Source: a bacterium (lineage in GTDB: Bacteria > Patescibacteriota > Minisyncoccia > UBA6257 > GWB1-50-10). Taken from it: a DNA stretch of 41,141 bases. Shown piece by piece: positions 27,195-35,368 of the stretch. The notes beneath the pieces were generated by a model that saw nothing but the letters and a program-made list of their open reading frames with translations, ran no database searches and was not told where the DNA came from. Position 1 is the first letter of the stretch; each line of letters starts with the position of its first letter. The DNA is taken from contig JAJYXV010000009.1 of NCBI GenBank assembly GCA_021801565.1, positions 1 through 41,141 on the forward strand. The letters run 5' to 3'. The translations under genes and the position numbers were made by a program.

Positions 27195-28175
27195 ATGATA
27201 TTGAAAATAGGCAAGATAGCGAAATATCTTTTCGTTCTTGTTTTGTGTTTCACGCTTTTTTTGACGGTGGACACAAGAGTGGAGAACAGCAAACGGCATA
27301 GCGATATATATGCACAAATTGCGAATATTAAGTCACCCTTTACCGTTTCAGATTTTCCATATATTCCTGATACAGTCCATTTTTTTGGCGGACGCGTCCC
27401 TCTTGAAGTGTATGGAGTGTGGGAGGATATTGACGAGTGGATAAAATTTTTCACCAGTGCGAAAAATAGATGGAGAATAATTTCATACATAGGCACTCTA
27501 AAGGAATATTCGCCAATAGTTGATTCAATATTTAAAGAAGAGGAAGTGCCGATCGATATGAAATATGTAGGCATTGGAGAGTCAGGACTCAACTCAAATG
27601 CGACATCATCAAAAAGTGCAACGGGAGCATGGCAATTTATACGAAGTACCGCAATACGGAATGGATTGAAGGTGAATAGTAGCATTGATGAAAGACGACA
27701 GTTTGAATTAGCAACTCGTGCATCGTGTCGGGAAATGAAAAACCTTTATAGTGAATTTAGAAAGACATATAATGAAGAAGAGAGTTGGTGGTTTGCGCTT
27801 GCAAGTTATAATGCCGGTTCCGGAAGAATCTGGAGAGCGATAAAAATCGATGGGGAGAAATCGTATTTCAGATTATCTTCACTTCCCCGCGAGACGGAAC
27901 GATATATTCCCTGTATCATCGCTTTGAAGCTTATACTTGAAAATCCAGAACACTATGGGTTTGTAGAGGGAATAACGTATAGCGGACCCAAAGTGATCGT
28001 CATTGAAAAATATTTTTCGAAATTTACTCCATGGAAAACTTTCTTATCTGAATTACGGAATAGTGGATATGATATTTCGTTAAAAGAACTTACTCGAGCG
28101 AACACGCACATCAAGAATAAGAACGGGATTCCAAAAGGAACTTTTCTTCTGAGAATTCCTGATCGTCATAGGTAA
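27195..28175 (+). CDS. Lytic transglycosylase (SLT, MltD-like)
   Basis: GES, ATGAWQFI..TA...GL, ALASYNAG.GRI and LPRETERY motifs; N-terminal TM; possible degenerate LysM at the C-terminus. Confidence 0.88.
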   Translation: MILKIGKIAKYLFVLVLCFTLFLTVDTRVENSKRHSDIYAQIANIKSPFTVSDFPYIPDTVHFFGGRVPLEVYGVWEDIDEWIKFFTSAKNRWRIISYIGTLKEYSPIVDSIFKEEEVPIDMKYVGIGESGLNSNATSSKSATGAWQFIRSTAIRNGLKVNSSIDERRQFELATRASCREMKNLYSEFRKTYNEEESWWFALASYNAGSGRIWRAIKIDGEKSYFRLSSLPRETERYIPCIIALKLILENPEHYGFVEGITYSGPKVIVIEKYFSKFTPWKTFLSELRNSGYDISLKELTRANTHIKNKNGIPKGTFLLRIPDRHR

Positions 28176-28302
28176 CAAAAACCCCAGTGTAATATCTGGG
28201 GTTTTTATAATGGAAGTTTTAGAAATGTCTAGTATGGAGCGATCGCTCCATACTAGACATTTCTCTCTTGGTATTGCTCTTGGATTTAATGGATAATTAC
28301 TA

Positions 28303-28965
28303 TTATGGTTTCTCTTCAAATTTTTCTTCAATTGCTTCTCCGATAAATTCCGCCTTTTCTTCAACAGATGCATACTTCTTTAAAAATCTGCTTAAGAAGT
28401 GTTCTCCTATAAAAATAAGTATAAAAATCAATAAAATTCCGATTTCCACTTGTTTGAATACCTTTGTAGACCTTAGATAATGAAGCCCAGACATAAAGAA
28501 GTATGCTATGGCGGTCATACTAAAAAACCATATAAGGAGACTTTTTATATATGAAGGGAAAAAATCTTTGAATTTTGTTTTAGTCCAACCAATAAGACTG
28601 ATAATCATGAGATTTGTCGCGGGAATAAATTTTGTGACGATAAGCAGTTTTGTCATGTTCTGTTTGAGATAATATGTGTACGTTTGCACTTTTTTATTCC
28701 CTTTTATTTTTTTAGAGAGTCTCCATCCAAAGCGGGTATTGCGAATATTTTTTCCAACTAAATAAACAAAAACTTCTGCGAATGCAATTGCTCCAAGCGT
28801 TGGAACGATAAATTGTATCCACGTTATTTTCCCACTGACGGCAAGATACATAGAAAGGAGAATGGTAAGTTCTCCTTGAATAATCATACATATTCCTAAA
28901 ATTGCATCAGTCCATGTTGGATTTTGTGTGATCCATGAACCTGCAATTTCCATCAAATTGTTCAC
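28303..28965 (-). CDS. DedA/VTT-like membrane protein
   Basis: IQGE, YLVG, TKFIP and F.....L.W pattern. Start moved to GTG 28965 (TATAAT 6 nt upstream) to avoid overlap with arfB. Confidence 0.7.
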   Translation of the reverse strand: MNNLMEIAGSWITQNPTWTDAILGICMIIQGELTILLSMYLAVSGKITWIQFIVPTLGAIAFAEVFVYLVGKNIRNTRFGWRLSKKIKGNKKVQTYTYYLKQNMTKLLIVTKFIPATNLMIISLIGWTKTKFKDFFPSYIKSLLIWFFSMTAIAYFFMSGLHYLRSTKVFKQVEIGILLIFILIFIGEHFLSRFLKKYASVEEKAEFIGEAIEEKFEEKP

Positions 28966-29011
28966 AGGTTCATTATACCGTATAATTTTGATATTGGAAA
29001 TTTTCAAGAAT

Positions 29012-29434
29012 ATGTTTGTAAACGGAGAAAATATAAAAATAAAAACATCACGATCGAGTGGTCCCGGTGGACAAAACGTAAATAAGCGTTCAACGCGTGT
29101 ACAGGCATGGGTGAATATCAATGATTTAGATATCTCAGAAGCGAAAAAAAAGAAATTAAGAATTAAACTCGCACATAAAATAAATGAGAAAGACGAACTT
29201 GAAACGGAAAGCGATGAAGAAAGAGCACAAGAGCAAAATAAGGATCGGGCAATCGAAAAATTAAACGAGCTTATTGAAGACGCACTTCATGAAGACAAAC
29301 CTCGTATCCCCACGGGACCTCATCAAGGGTCGATAGAGGAGCGCCTTCATCATAAGCATCTTCGTTATCAAAAAAAGAAATCTCGAAGGGAGGCAAAAAG
29401 TGTTGGGGTTGAAGAACATCATAAAACGATTTAA
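29012..29434 (+). CDS. arfB: Alternative ribosome-rescue factor B (peptidyl-tRNA hydrolase YaeJ)
   Basis: SRSSGPGGQNVNKRST GGQ motif, R.Q.QN..RA and a basic C-terminal tail; start moved to 29012. Confidence 0.9.
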   Translation: MFVNGENIKIKTSRSSGPGGQNVNKRSTRVQAWVNINDLDISEAKKKKLRIKLAHKINEKDELETESDEERAQEQNKDRAIEKLNELIEDALHEDKPRIPTGPHQGSIEERLHHKHLRYQKKKSRREAKSVGVEEHHKTI

Positions 29435-29508
29435 TCTAATTACAGGGTTTTATATTTAGAAATTAGAATTTAAAATTTAGTAATTCCCCGCCTGGGGCGG
29501 GGTGGTAT

Positions 29509-29581
29509 GGTGCCTGTAGCTCAGTGGTAGAGCGCCCGCCTGTGGAGCGGGATGTCGCGGGTTCGACCCCCGTCAGGCACC
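29509..29581 (+). tRNA. tRNA-His(GTG)
   Basis: G-1 plus GTGCCTG/CAGGCAC and C73; CCCGC-CTGTGGA-GCGGG anticodon arm. Confidence 0.95.
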
Positions 29582-29586
29582 CTGGG

Positions 29587-29616
29587 AAAAACGATAGGTA
29601 AACCCTATCGTTTTTT
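29587..29616 (+). terminator. Terminator after tRNA-His
   Basis: aaaaacgatagg-taaac-cctatcgttttt hairpin. Confidence 0.75.
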
Positions 29617-29690
29617 GTACCCGTCAATCCGAAAGTTTACTGAAGGATGATGCCCTGACGAGAGGTTCGAACTAGGATATAATTATTTTC

Positions 29691-31400
29691 ATGAATGCAG
29701 AGATAAAAGTCTGCCAGAATTGCAAACAGAACTTCACGATTGAGAGTGAAGATTTTGATTTTTATAAAAAGATTAATGTGCCCGCACCAACATTTTGTTC
29801 TGAGTGTAGAATCGTAAGAAGAATGACGCGGAGAAATGAGCGGGCACTCTATAAACACATATGTAATTTGTGTAAAAAAGAAACTATTTCGATGTATGAA
29901 GAAAATTCTCCATATTCTGTATTCTGTGTAGAATGTTGGTGGTCCGATAAATGGGATTCATTATCTTTTGGAAAGAATTTTGATTTTTCTAAATCCTTTT
30001 TTGAGCAATTTAAGGAGTTGTCTCTTAGAGTTCCTCGTGCCGCACTGCTCCAAAAAGGAGATGTCGATAGTCCATATACGAATTTTACCGACCACAATAA
30101 AAATGGATATCTATTATTTAATTGTGGACTTTTAGAAGATTCTTTATATAGTCGCTGGGGGATTAGCTCAAAAAGCATTGTAGATACATTCAGCGTCTTT
30201 GATTCAGAGCTTATTTATGAATCTCAGGAATTGAAAAAATGTTATCGCGGAGTCTACCTCGTCTTATCCGAATCGTGTGTGGACTCGTCGTTTCTTTTTA
30301 ACTGTCATGGATGTCAGAGTTGTTTTCTTTCCTCTAATTTGAGAAATAAAAAATATTGTTTTAAAAATAAACAATATAGTAAAGAAAGTTATGAGGAATT
30401 AATATCAGAGATTGATTTAGGAAGTTATGATGTGTTTGAAAATATAAAGAAAGATTTTTTTACAAATATTATTCCCAGTTCTTCAAGAAAATATCTTATC
30501 GGAAATAAACTTACTGATTCTACAGGCGATTATTTATTTGAATGTAAAAATGTAAAAAAATCGTTCCATGTTTCTGAATCCGAGGATAGTATATATTGTA
30601 CTGATTGTGCAAACTTGAAGAATTGTGCAGATGCATACGAATCAGCTTTTAATTGTGAGCTTCAGTACGAATGTCATGGGTGTAATAGAACGTCGCGTTC
30701 GAAATTTACAAGTTCATCATATGATGATTTTGACCTCGAATTTAGTGAGTTTTCTCATAATTCTCACAATCTTCTTGGTTGTATCGGACTTCGCAATAAG
30801 CAGTACTGTATTTTCAATAAACAATACACAAAAGAGGAATATGAAGAATTGGTACCAAAGATAATCAAACATATGTCTGATATGCCCTACATCGACCAGA
30901 AGGGCAGAATCTATACATACGGCGAATTCTTTCCTTCAGAATTGTCTCCATTTGCATACAACGAGACTATTGCTCAGGAATACTTTCCCCTTACCAAAGA
31001 ACAAGCACTTGCACAAGGATATCGATGGAAAGATTTAGATACAAAAAATTATAAACCAACAATATTTTTAAACAATCTTCCAGACCATATCAAAAATGTG
31101 CCTGATTCAATTACAAATGAAGTCATTCAGTGTGCTCATATCTCTTGCACTCATCAATGCACCACTGCATTTAAAATCATTCCCCAAGAGCTTGAGTTTT
31201 ATCGAAGAATGAACCTCCCCCTTCCGCGACTTTGTCCCAACTGTAGACATTACGAGCGCCTAGCGCAACGAAACCCGATGAAACTTTGGCACCGAAAATG
31301 TATGAAGGAAGGATGTAAAAACGAATTCGAAACCTCCTATTCTCCAGACAGAAAAGAAATTGTTTACTGTGAATCATGCTATCAAGCTGAGGTGGTATAG
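29691..31400 (+). CDS. Cys-rich multi-zinc-ribbon protein of the CPR-typical family (CQNCK..F.I ... YCE.CY..EV)
   Basis: 569 aa with many CxxC motifs and a central beta-helix-like Cys/Ser repeat region; leaderless promoter. Confidence 0.8.
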   Translation: MNAEIKVCQNCKQNFTIESEDFDFYKKINVPAPTFCSECRIVRRMTRRNERALYKHICNLCKKETISMYEENSPYSVFCVECWWSDKWDSLSFGKNFDFSKSFFEQFKELSLRVPRAALLQKGDVDSPYTNFTDHNKNGYLLFNCGLLEDSLYSRWGISSKSIVDTFSVFDSELIYESQELKKCYRGVYLVLSESCVDSSFLFNCHGCQSCFLSSNLRNKKYCFKNKQYSKESYEELISEIDLGSYDVFENIKKDFFTNIIPSSSRKYLIGNKLTDSTGDYLFECKNVKKSFHVSESEDSIYCTDCANLKNCADAYESAFNCELQYECHGCNRTSRSKFTSSSYDDFDLEFSEFSHNSHNLLGCIGLRNKQYCIFNKQYTKEEYEELVPKIIKHMSDMPYIDQKGRIYTYGEFFPSELSPFAYNETIAQEYFPLTKEQALAQGYRWKDLDTKNYKPTIFLNNLPDHIKNVPDSITNEVIQCAHISCTHQCTTAFKIIPQELEFYRRMNLPLPRLCPNCRHYERLAQRNPMKLWHRKCMKEGCKNEFETSYSPDRKEIVYCESCYQAEVV

Positions 31401-31490
31401 ATTCTAGTTCCAACATCCTCCACTATGGCACCCACATTTATAAAAACTTCCATTTACTGGAGGTTTTTTGTAAATATGAAATGTTCGTTT

Positions 31491-31617
31491 GGGGGTCGAA
31501 CGGAATCCCGCCGCCATTGGTTCAAGGCGGGATCCGTGGCTTCGGAGCCTGCCTGCGCAGGCAGGGAATCCTGAGCGAAGTTGAAGGATGGAGGAGAAGG
31601 ACCCCCGTCAGGCACCC
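31491..31617. repeat. tRNA-His 3'-end repeat unit (att-like 18-bp direct repeat plus cassette)
   Basis: gacccccgtcaggcaccc at 31600-31617 equals 29565-29582; inverted T-arm gggggtcgaac at 31491-31501. Confidence 0.85.
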
Positions 31618-31688
31618 AATGAAAAATCCTAGATAAACTCTAGGATTTTTGTGTATCAAAAAGGGAGAGTAGAAGATTATCATAACAT

Positions 31689-31717
31689 TTGACAAATAGT
31701 GAGATTAGTGCTATACT
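31689..31717 (+). promoter_or_regulatory. Sigma70-type promoter
   Basis: TTGACA-17 nt-TATACT with an extended TG. Confidence 0.8.
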
Positions 31718-31767
31718 TAAGACAGTAATTTAAGTTAAGAATTTATCAATAACCAGAGGAGTTCTTT

Positions 31768-32277
31768 ATGAATCTCTCGATTATTTGGATTGTGTTTATT
31801 ACCATCGGAATAATAGTTTTGAAATATTCCTGGTACATTACACTTGATTCTGTTGGATTTAAATGTCCACAGGAATCCGATGCTCGCCTCTATCTTGATA
31901 AGACGTATAAATCATGGGGTTCATTGTATTTTATCCCCATATCTGGATATGCTTTTTTGGAAGAAATGATTTTCCGATTAATTCCTATATATTTGGCAAT
32001 GAGTTTGTTTAGTGGATTACCGTATATTGGTATTATTATAATTTTTTCCGCTCAAATAACTTTTGGATATATGCATGGAAACGAAAAAAATATAGTATTC
32101 CAAGGAGTAAGTGGAATTCTCTATGTATTTCTTTTTATTCTTTTTGGAGGATTATATAATCCACTTCTCGGAGTATTGGTTACCACAGCAGTTCATTTAT
32201 TATGGAATTTAGATTGCCAATATAATTGGGTATGTAGGGGTATTAATTATTTTCAAAGTTTAAAACTCGGCACATAG
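31768..32277 (+). CDS. CPBP/CAAX (Abi/Rce1-like) intramembrane metalloprotease
   Basis: EEMIFR, FGYMH and H..WN motifs within TM segments. Confidence 0.8.
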   Translation: MNLSIIWIVFITIGIIVLKYSWYITLDSVGFKCPQESDARLYLDKTYKSWGSLYFIPISGYAFLEEMIFRLIPIYLAMSLFSGLPYIGIIIIFSAQITFGYMHGNEKNIVFQGVSGILYVFLFILFGGLYNPLLGVLVTTAVHLLWNLDCQYNWVCRGINYFQSLKLGT

Positions 32278-32340
32278 TCGAGTTTTTATATACTTGTCCG
32301 CCTCTGGAAAATATTGTTCAAACTTTGGTATAATAAGTAT

Positions 32341-32907
32341 ATGAAGAACATTATAGTTATTTTGATTTTGTTAGTTATAGTAGGAGGAATTTCTTACTAT
32401 GTCGGAAAAAACCAAGTTCCGATAAATAATGTTGAAGATGTAAAAAATACTAATAATGTTTCACCTAATAATAATCTTTCTTTGTTTAAGAATGATGACT
32501 TATCTTTTACCTACCCCAGTAATTGGAAATTAGAAACATATGGCACAAAAACTGATAAATTTGTTTCAGTTATACTCGACCCCGTGAAAGTTTATTCTCC
32601 ACAAATTCAGGTTGATATGCCATTAGGAATGATTGCAATTTCTGTAAACCACGATTCTTCAGAGAAAAACAGTTTTGTTATAGGATATGAAACTTTTCCG
32701 AATGTTACTATTGGGAAAAATAATAACGTTGTCGCAAAAGAATTTGATAAGTTATATCCAGACAATGCTCCCGAGGTATCTCTACAAGGGAAGCATAATA
32801 TTACTTACTATATAAATGAAAATATAAAAATTGAGTATGTTGGTAATAAAGATGATTCCTACCTAAAAGATTTTAACCAAATAATAAGTAGTCTCGAGTT
32901 AAAATAG
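32341..32907 (+). CDS. Membrane-anchored secreted protein, PsbP-like fold suspected
   Basis: Start ATG 32341 (TATAAT 6 nt upstream); SFTYPSNW ... FNQIISSL pattern. Confidence 0.7.
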   Translation: MKNIIVILILLVIVGGISYYVGKNQVPINNVEDVKNTNNVSPNNNLSLFKNDDLSFTYPSNWKLETYGTKTDKFVSVILDPVKVYSPQIQVDMPLGMIAISVNHDSSEKNSFVIGYETFPNVTIGKNNNVVAKEFDKLYPDNAPEVSLQGKHNITYYINENIKIEYVGNKDDSYLKDFNQIISSLELK

Positions 32908-32993
32908 TTCCCACATCCTCCGCCCGAGGCGGATAAATCTACTACAGCACCCCAGCTTAGCTGGGGTTAGGTGTACTCAGCGTACCACCAAAT

Positions 32994-33036
32994 ATTGACA
33001 CATACCACCGAAAGGTGGTATTTTGTTTCTAGTATT
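32994..33036 (+). promoter_or_regulatory. Promoter with palindromic spacer (copy 1)
   Basis: TTGACA-cataccaccgaaaggtgg-TATTTT; matches 34031-34073 at 35/43. Confidence 0.65.
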
Positions 33037-33050
33037 TAATTAACAACAAA

Positions 33051-33575
33051 GTGAGTAAAATGGAATTAAAAAAACGTAGTCTGCTTTCGACAATAAAAAC
33101 TGAGGCCATTTTTTTGGGACCAACGAGAGCGGTGTGTGATAAAAAAATCCGCACCCTCTGTCTTTGTCCATATCACGCTCACCCCCATGGATGTCCAAAT
33201 TTCGGAATACACAAAGATTGTCCTCCTAATGTCAGATTTTTTCCGAAAATATTTGATGAAAGAGATGTTTATATCGCCGCCGTTTCTCTTGATTTTAAAA
33301 CATACGTAGAGAGGAGAAAACAAATTCACCCGATGTGGACCGAACGGGCGTTAAAAAATCCAAGACACTGGCAGGGATATTTGAGATCGGTACTAAAAAA
33401 ATTTACGAATGAGCAGAAAGAAAAATTGCCGGAAGGATATGAGCTGCTAACCAATCCAGAGGCAATGGGAGTTAATCTTACGCAGACCTGCTCGAATGTT
33501 GGGCTTGTTCTGGAATGGCCACCAGAACGGAAGGTATATAAAATCGCTTTGTTTGCAAAAGAAAAAAATAAATAA
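33051..33575 (+). CDS. DUF2284-like metal-binding protein
   Basis: R.LC..PY....GCPNFG...CPP and PEAMGVNL..T motifs. Confidence 0.7.
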   Translation: MSKMELKKRSLLSTIKTEAIFLGPTRAVCDKKIRTLCLCPYHAHPHGCPNFGIHKDCPPNVRFFPKIFDERDVYIAAVSLDFKTYVERRKQIHPMWTERALKNPRHWQGYLRSVLKKFTNEQKEKLPEGYELLTNPEAMGVNLTQTCSNVGLVLEWPPERKVYKIALFAKEKNK

Positions 33576-33656
33576 ATCCCAATTCGCTGGCTTGCGGATT
33601 GGGATTTTTATATGAAAGAAAATGTGGGATGTATAGATCTGCTATAATTTTAAAGT

Positions 33657-34007
33657 ATGAAAAATATAATTATTTATTTTATCACTGGAGGCATTTTCAC
33701 CACGCTTATTGTTCTTCTTGAAGAAAGCGGATTTCGTTTGTTATCGGGACTTGCTGCCCTCATCCCAGTTTTCACCCTTGTTTCGTATATTTTTATTGGC
33801 GGATTAAAAGGGGGGATAGCGGTAGGACAACATGCAAAATTTGTTCTCTGGGGAACAATTGTCTCTTGGATACCATATATGATTGCGGTCGTTTATCTTT
33901 CGCCGAGGATCGGTCCGAATAAGGCAATTGCCGTCGGGATGCTTATATTTTTTGTATTGGCAATCGCTTTTATTCTCATCACCACTCGTTATAATTTCTT
34001 TCAGTGA
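33657..34007 (+). CDS. Small 4-TM membrane protein (DUF3147/GlpM-like)
   Basis: YFITGG...GLAALIP pattern; four hydrophobic helices. Confidence 0.65.
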   Translation: MKNIIIYFITGGIFTTLIVLLEESGFRLLSGLAALIPVFTLVSYIFIGGLKGGIAVGQHAKFVLWGTIVSWIPYMIAVVYLSPRIGPNKAIAVGMLIFFVLAIAFILITTRYNFFQ

Positions 34008-34030
34008 TACCGATTGCTCATTGGCACATG

Positions 34031-34073
34031 ATTGACAAATGCCACTTAGAAGTGGTATTTTGTTATTAGTATT
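34031..34073 (+). promoter_or_regulatory. Promoter with palindromic spacer (copy 2)
   Basis: TTGACA-aatgccacttagaagtgg-TATTTT. Confidence 0.65.
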
Positions 34074-34096
34074 ATTCATAAATTGGAGAAGTAAAA

Positions 34097-34498
34097 ATGA
34101 GAATCTTTGAATCGTTTATTAAATATTTTCTTTTTTTGGTTTTAGTTTTTTCATCTCTCTATATTTTTTCTTTTCAACGAGGGGATATTCCAAATGAAAC
34201 TATCGGGGATCTTACTGAGGTAATAAACGGGTATACGCTTTTTGCGTGTCTCATTATCTCTGCAGTGTCTTCCTTCCTCTTCCCTATGTGGAGCGTAAGG
34301 AAATATCTGGGTACTCAAGATGTGGAAAAGATAGCGGAATATATACGGCAATACAAACGAGTATTCGGGATGTTTGTCTTAGGTTTTTTTGGTGATATTC
34401 TTTTGTGTAACAGCCCACAGTCATTTTTCTGGTGGGTGGGCGTTGCTTCCCTTATTTATTTCTTTTTCTGGTTCTTTTTTTTAAGAAAAGAATTTTAG
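34097..34498 (+). CDS. Hypothetical membrane protein
   Basis: SD ggag upstream; four hydrophobic segments. Confidence 0.6.
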   Translation: MRIFESFIKYFLFLVLVFSSLYIFSFQRGDIPNETIGDLTEVINGYTLFACLIISAVSSFLFPMWSVRKYLGTQDVEKIAEYIRQYKRVFGMFVLGFFGDILLCNSPQSFFWWVGVASLIYFFFWFFFLRKEF

Positions 34499-34507
34499 GA
34501 GGAGTAT

Positions 34508-34921
34508 ATGAGATGCAAAGAAAAAGGATGTATTGGGGTTGTTAGTTTTTTACATACAACTCCGCTTCAGACTGGATGTGGTGGTATGTGCACCCCATGT
34601 TATCCATGTAATATGTGTGGTGCGTTGTATTCCTCAGATGGGTTCCGCATGTATCAGCGCGGATATGATAAAAAACCATTTTTGAAAAATGGTGAAATCA
34701 TACTCGAACCAACCGAGGAAGAAGAGGTGAGATCACTCAAGGTTGATCATATGATCTCTCTTTTTGATGCTTTTCCGGAAGAAGAGCAAAAAAGTGTGCT
34801 CAAAGAACTCGAAAAGATTTCTAAATTTGAACACACAGAAGATTGTGCACTTGGTTCAGTGCCGACATGTACATGTGGAATCGCCGACGCGAAAGAATTT
34901 TTGAAGGTTCATGATTATTAA
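34508..34921 (+). CDS. Hypothetical Cys-rich (zinc-finger-like) protein
   Basis: SD aggagg; C....C, C..CG and H...C......CTCG motifs; followed by a terminator. Confidence 0.65.
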   Translation: MRCKEKGCIGVVSFLHTTPLQTGCGGMCTPCYPCNMCGALYSSDGFRMYQRGYDKKPFLKNGEIILEPTEEEEVRSLKVDHMISLFDAFPEEEQKSVLKELEKISKFEHTEDCALGSVPTCTCGIADAKEFLKVHDY

Positions 34922-34998
34922 ATAAAAACCCCGAAGTATTTCGGGGTTTTTTGCTATTCTGAGAAAATTATATGCATAAGTCCGTTGGATTTTATTTC

Positions 34999-35036
34999 AA
35001 ACTACTTTCCTATTCGCGTGAATAGGAAAGTAGTTT
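34999..35036. repeat. Perfect 17-bp hairpin
   Basis: aaactactttcctattc-gcgt-gaataggaaagtagttt. Confidence 0.8.
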
Positions 35037-35069
35037 CTTTTTTTCTCCTCTGATACAATAACGAGATGA

Positions 35070-35366
35070 ATCCCGTTAATGATAAATCTTTTGAATAGAT
35101 AAATATGTATTATACTTATATACTACAAAGCATAAAAAATGGAAGGAGGTATACAGGATATACAAAAGATTTACGAAAACGTTTTATTGAGCACAATCGG
35201 AGAAGTGGAAAGAAATATACAAGCAAAGGCGCGCCGTATGAATTAATCTATTATGAAGCTTGTATCAATGAATATGATGCAAAAACTAGGGAACAATATC
35301 TCAAGTCGGGTCCTGGAAAACGATATCTTGCATATCGCCTAAAACGTTTTCTATCATTAACGGGAT
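35070..35366. mobile_element. GIY-YIG-carrying inverted-repeat element (family 2)
   Basis: Perfect 15-bp TIR atcccgttaatgata / tatcattaacgggat; ATGAAT duplicated at 35066-35071 and 35365-35370. Confidence 0.85.
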
Positions 35367-35368
35367 GA
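35105..35368 (+). CDS. Stand-alone GIY-YIG nuclease (UPF0213/SLX1-like)
   Basis: YYTYILQS....RYTGYT.DL..R..EHN and YYEA.....A..RE..LK motifs. Confidence 0.92.
   Translation: MYYTYILQSIKNGRRYTGYTKDLRKRFIEHNRRSGKKYTSKGAPYELIYYEACINEYDAKTREQYLKSGPGKRYLAYRLKRFLSLTG

Noticed and set aside
28928-29121. Apparent 190-bp head-to-head overlap of the DedA-like gene and arfB
   Set aside because: Artefact of longest-ORF calling; starts at 28965(-) and 29012(+) remove the overlap.
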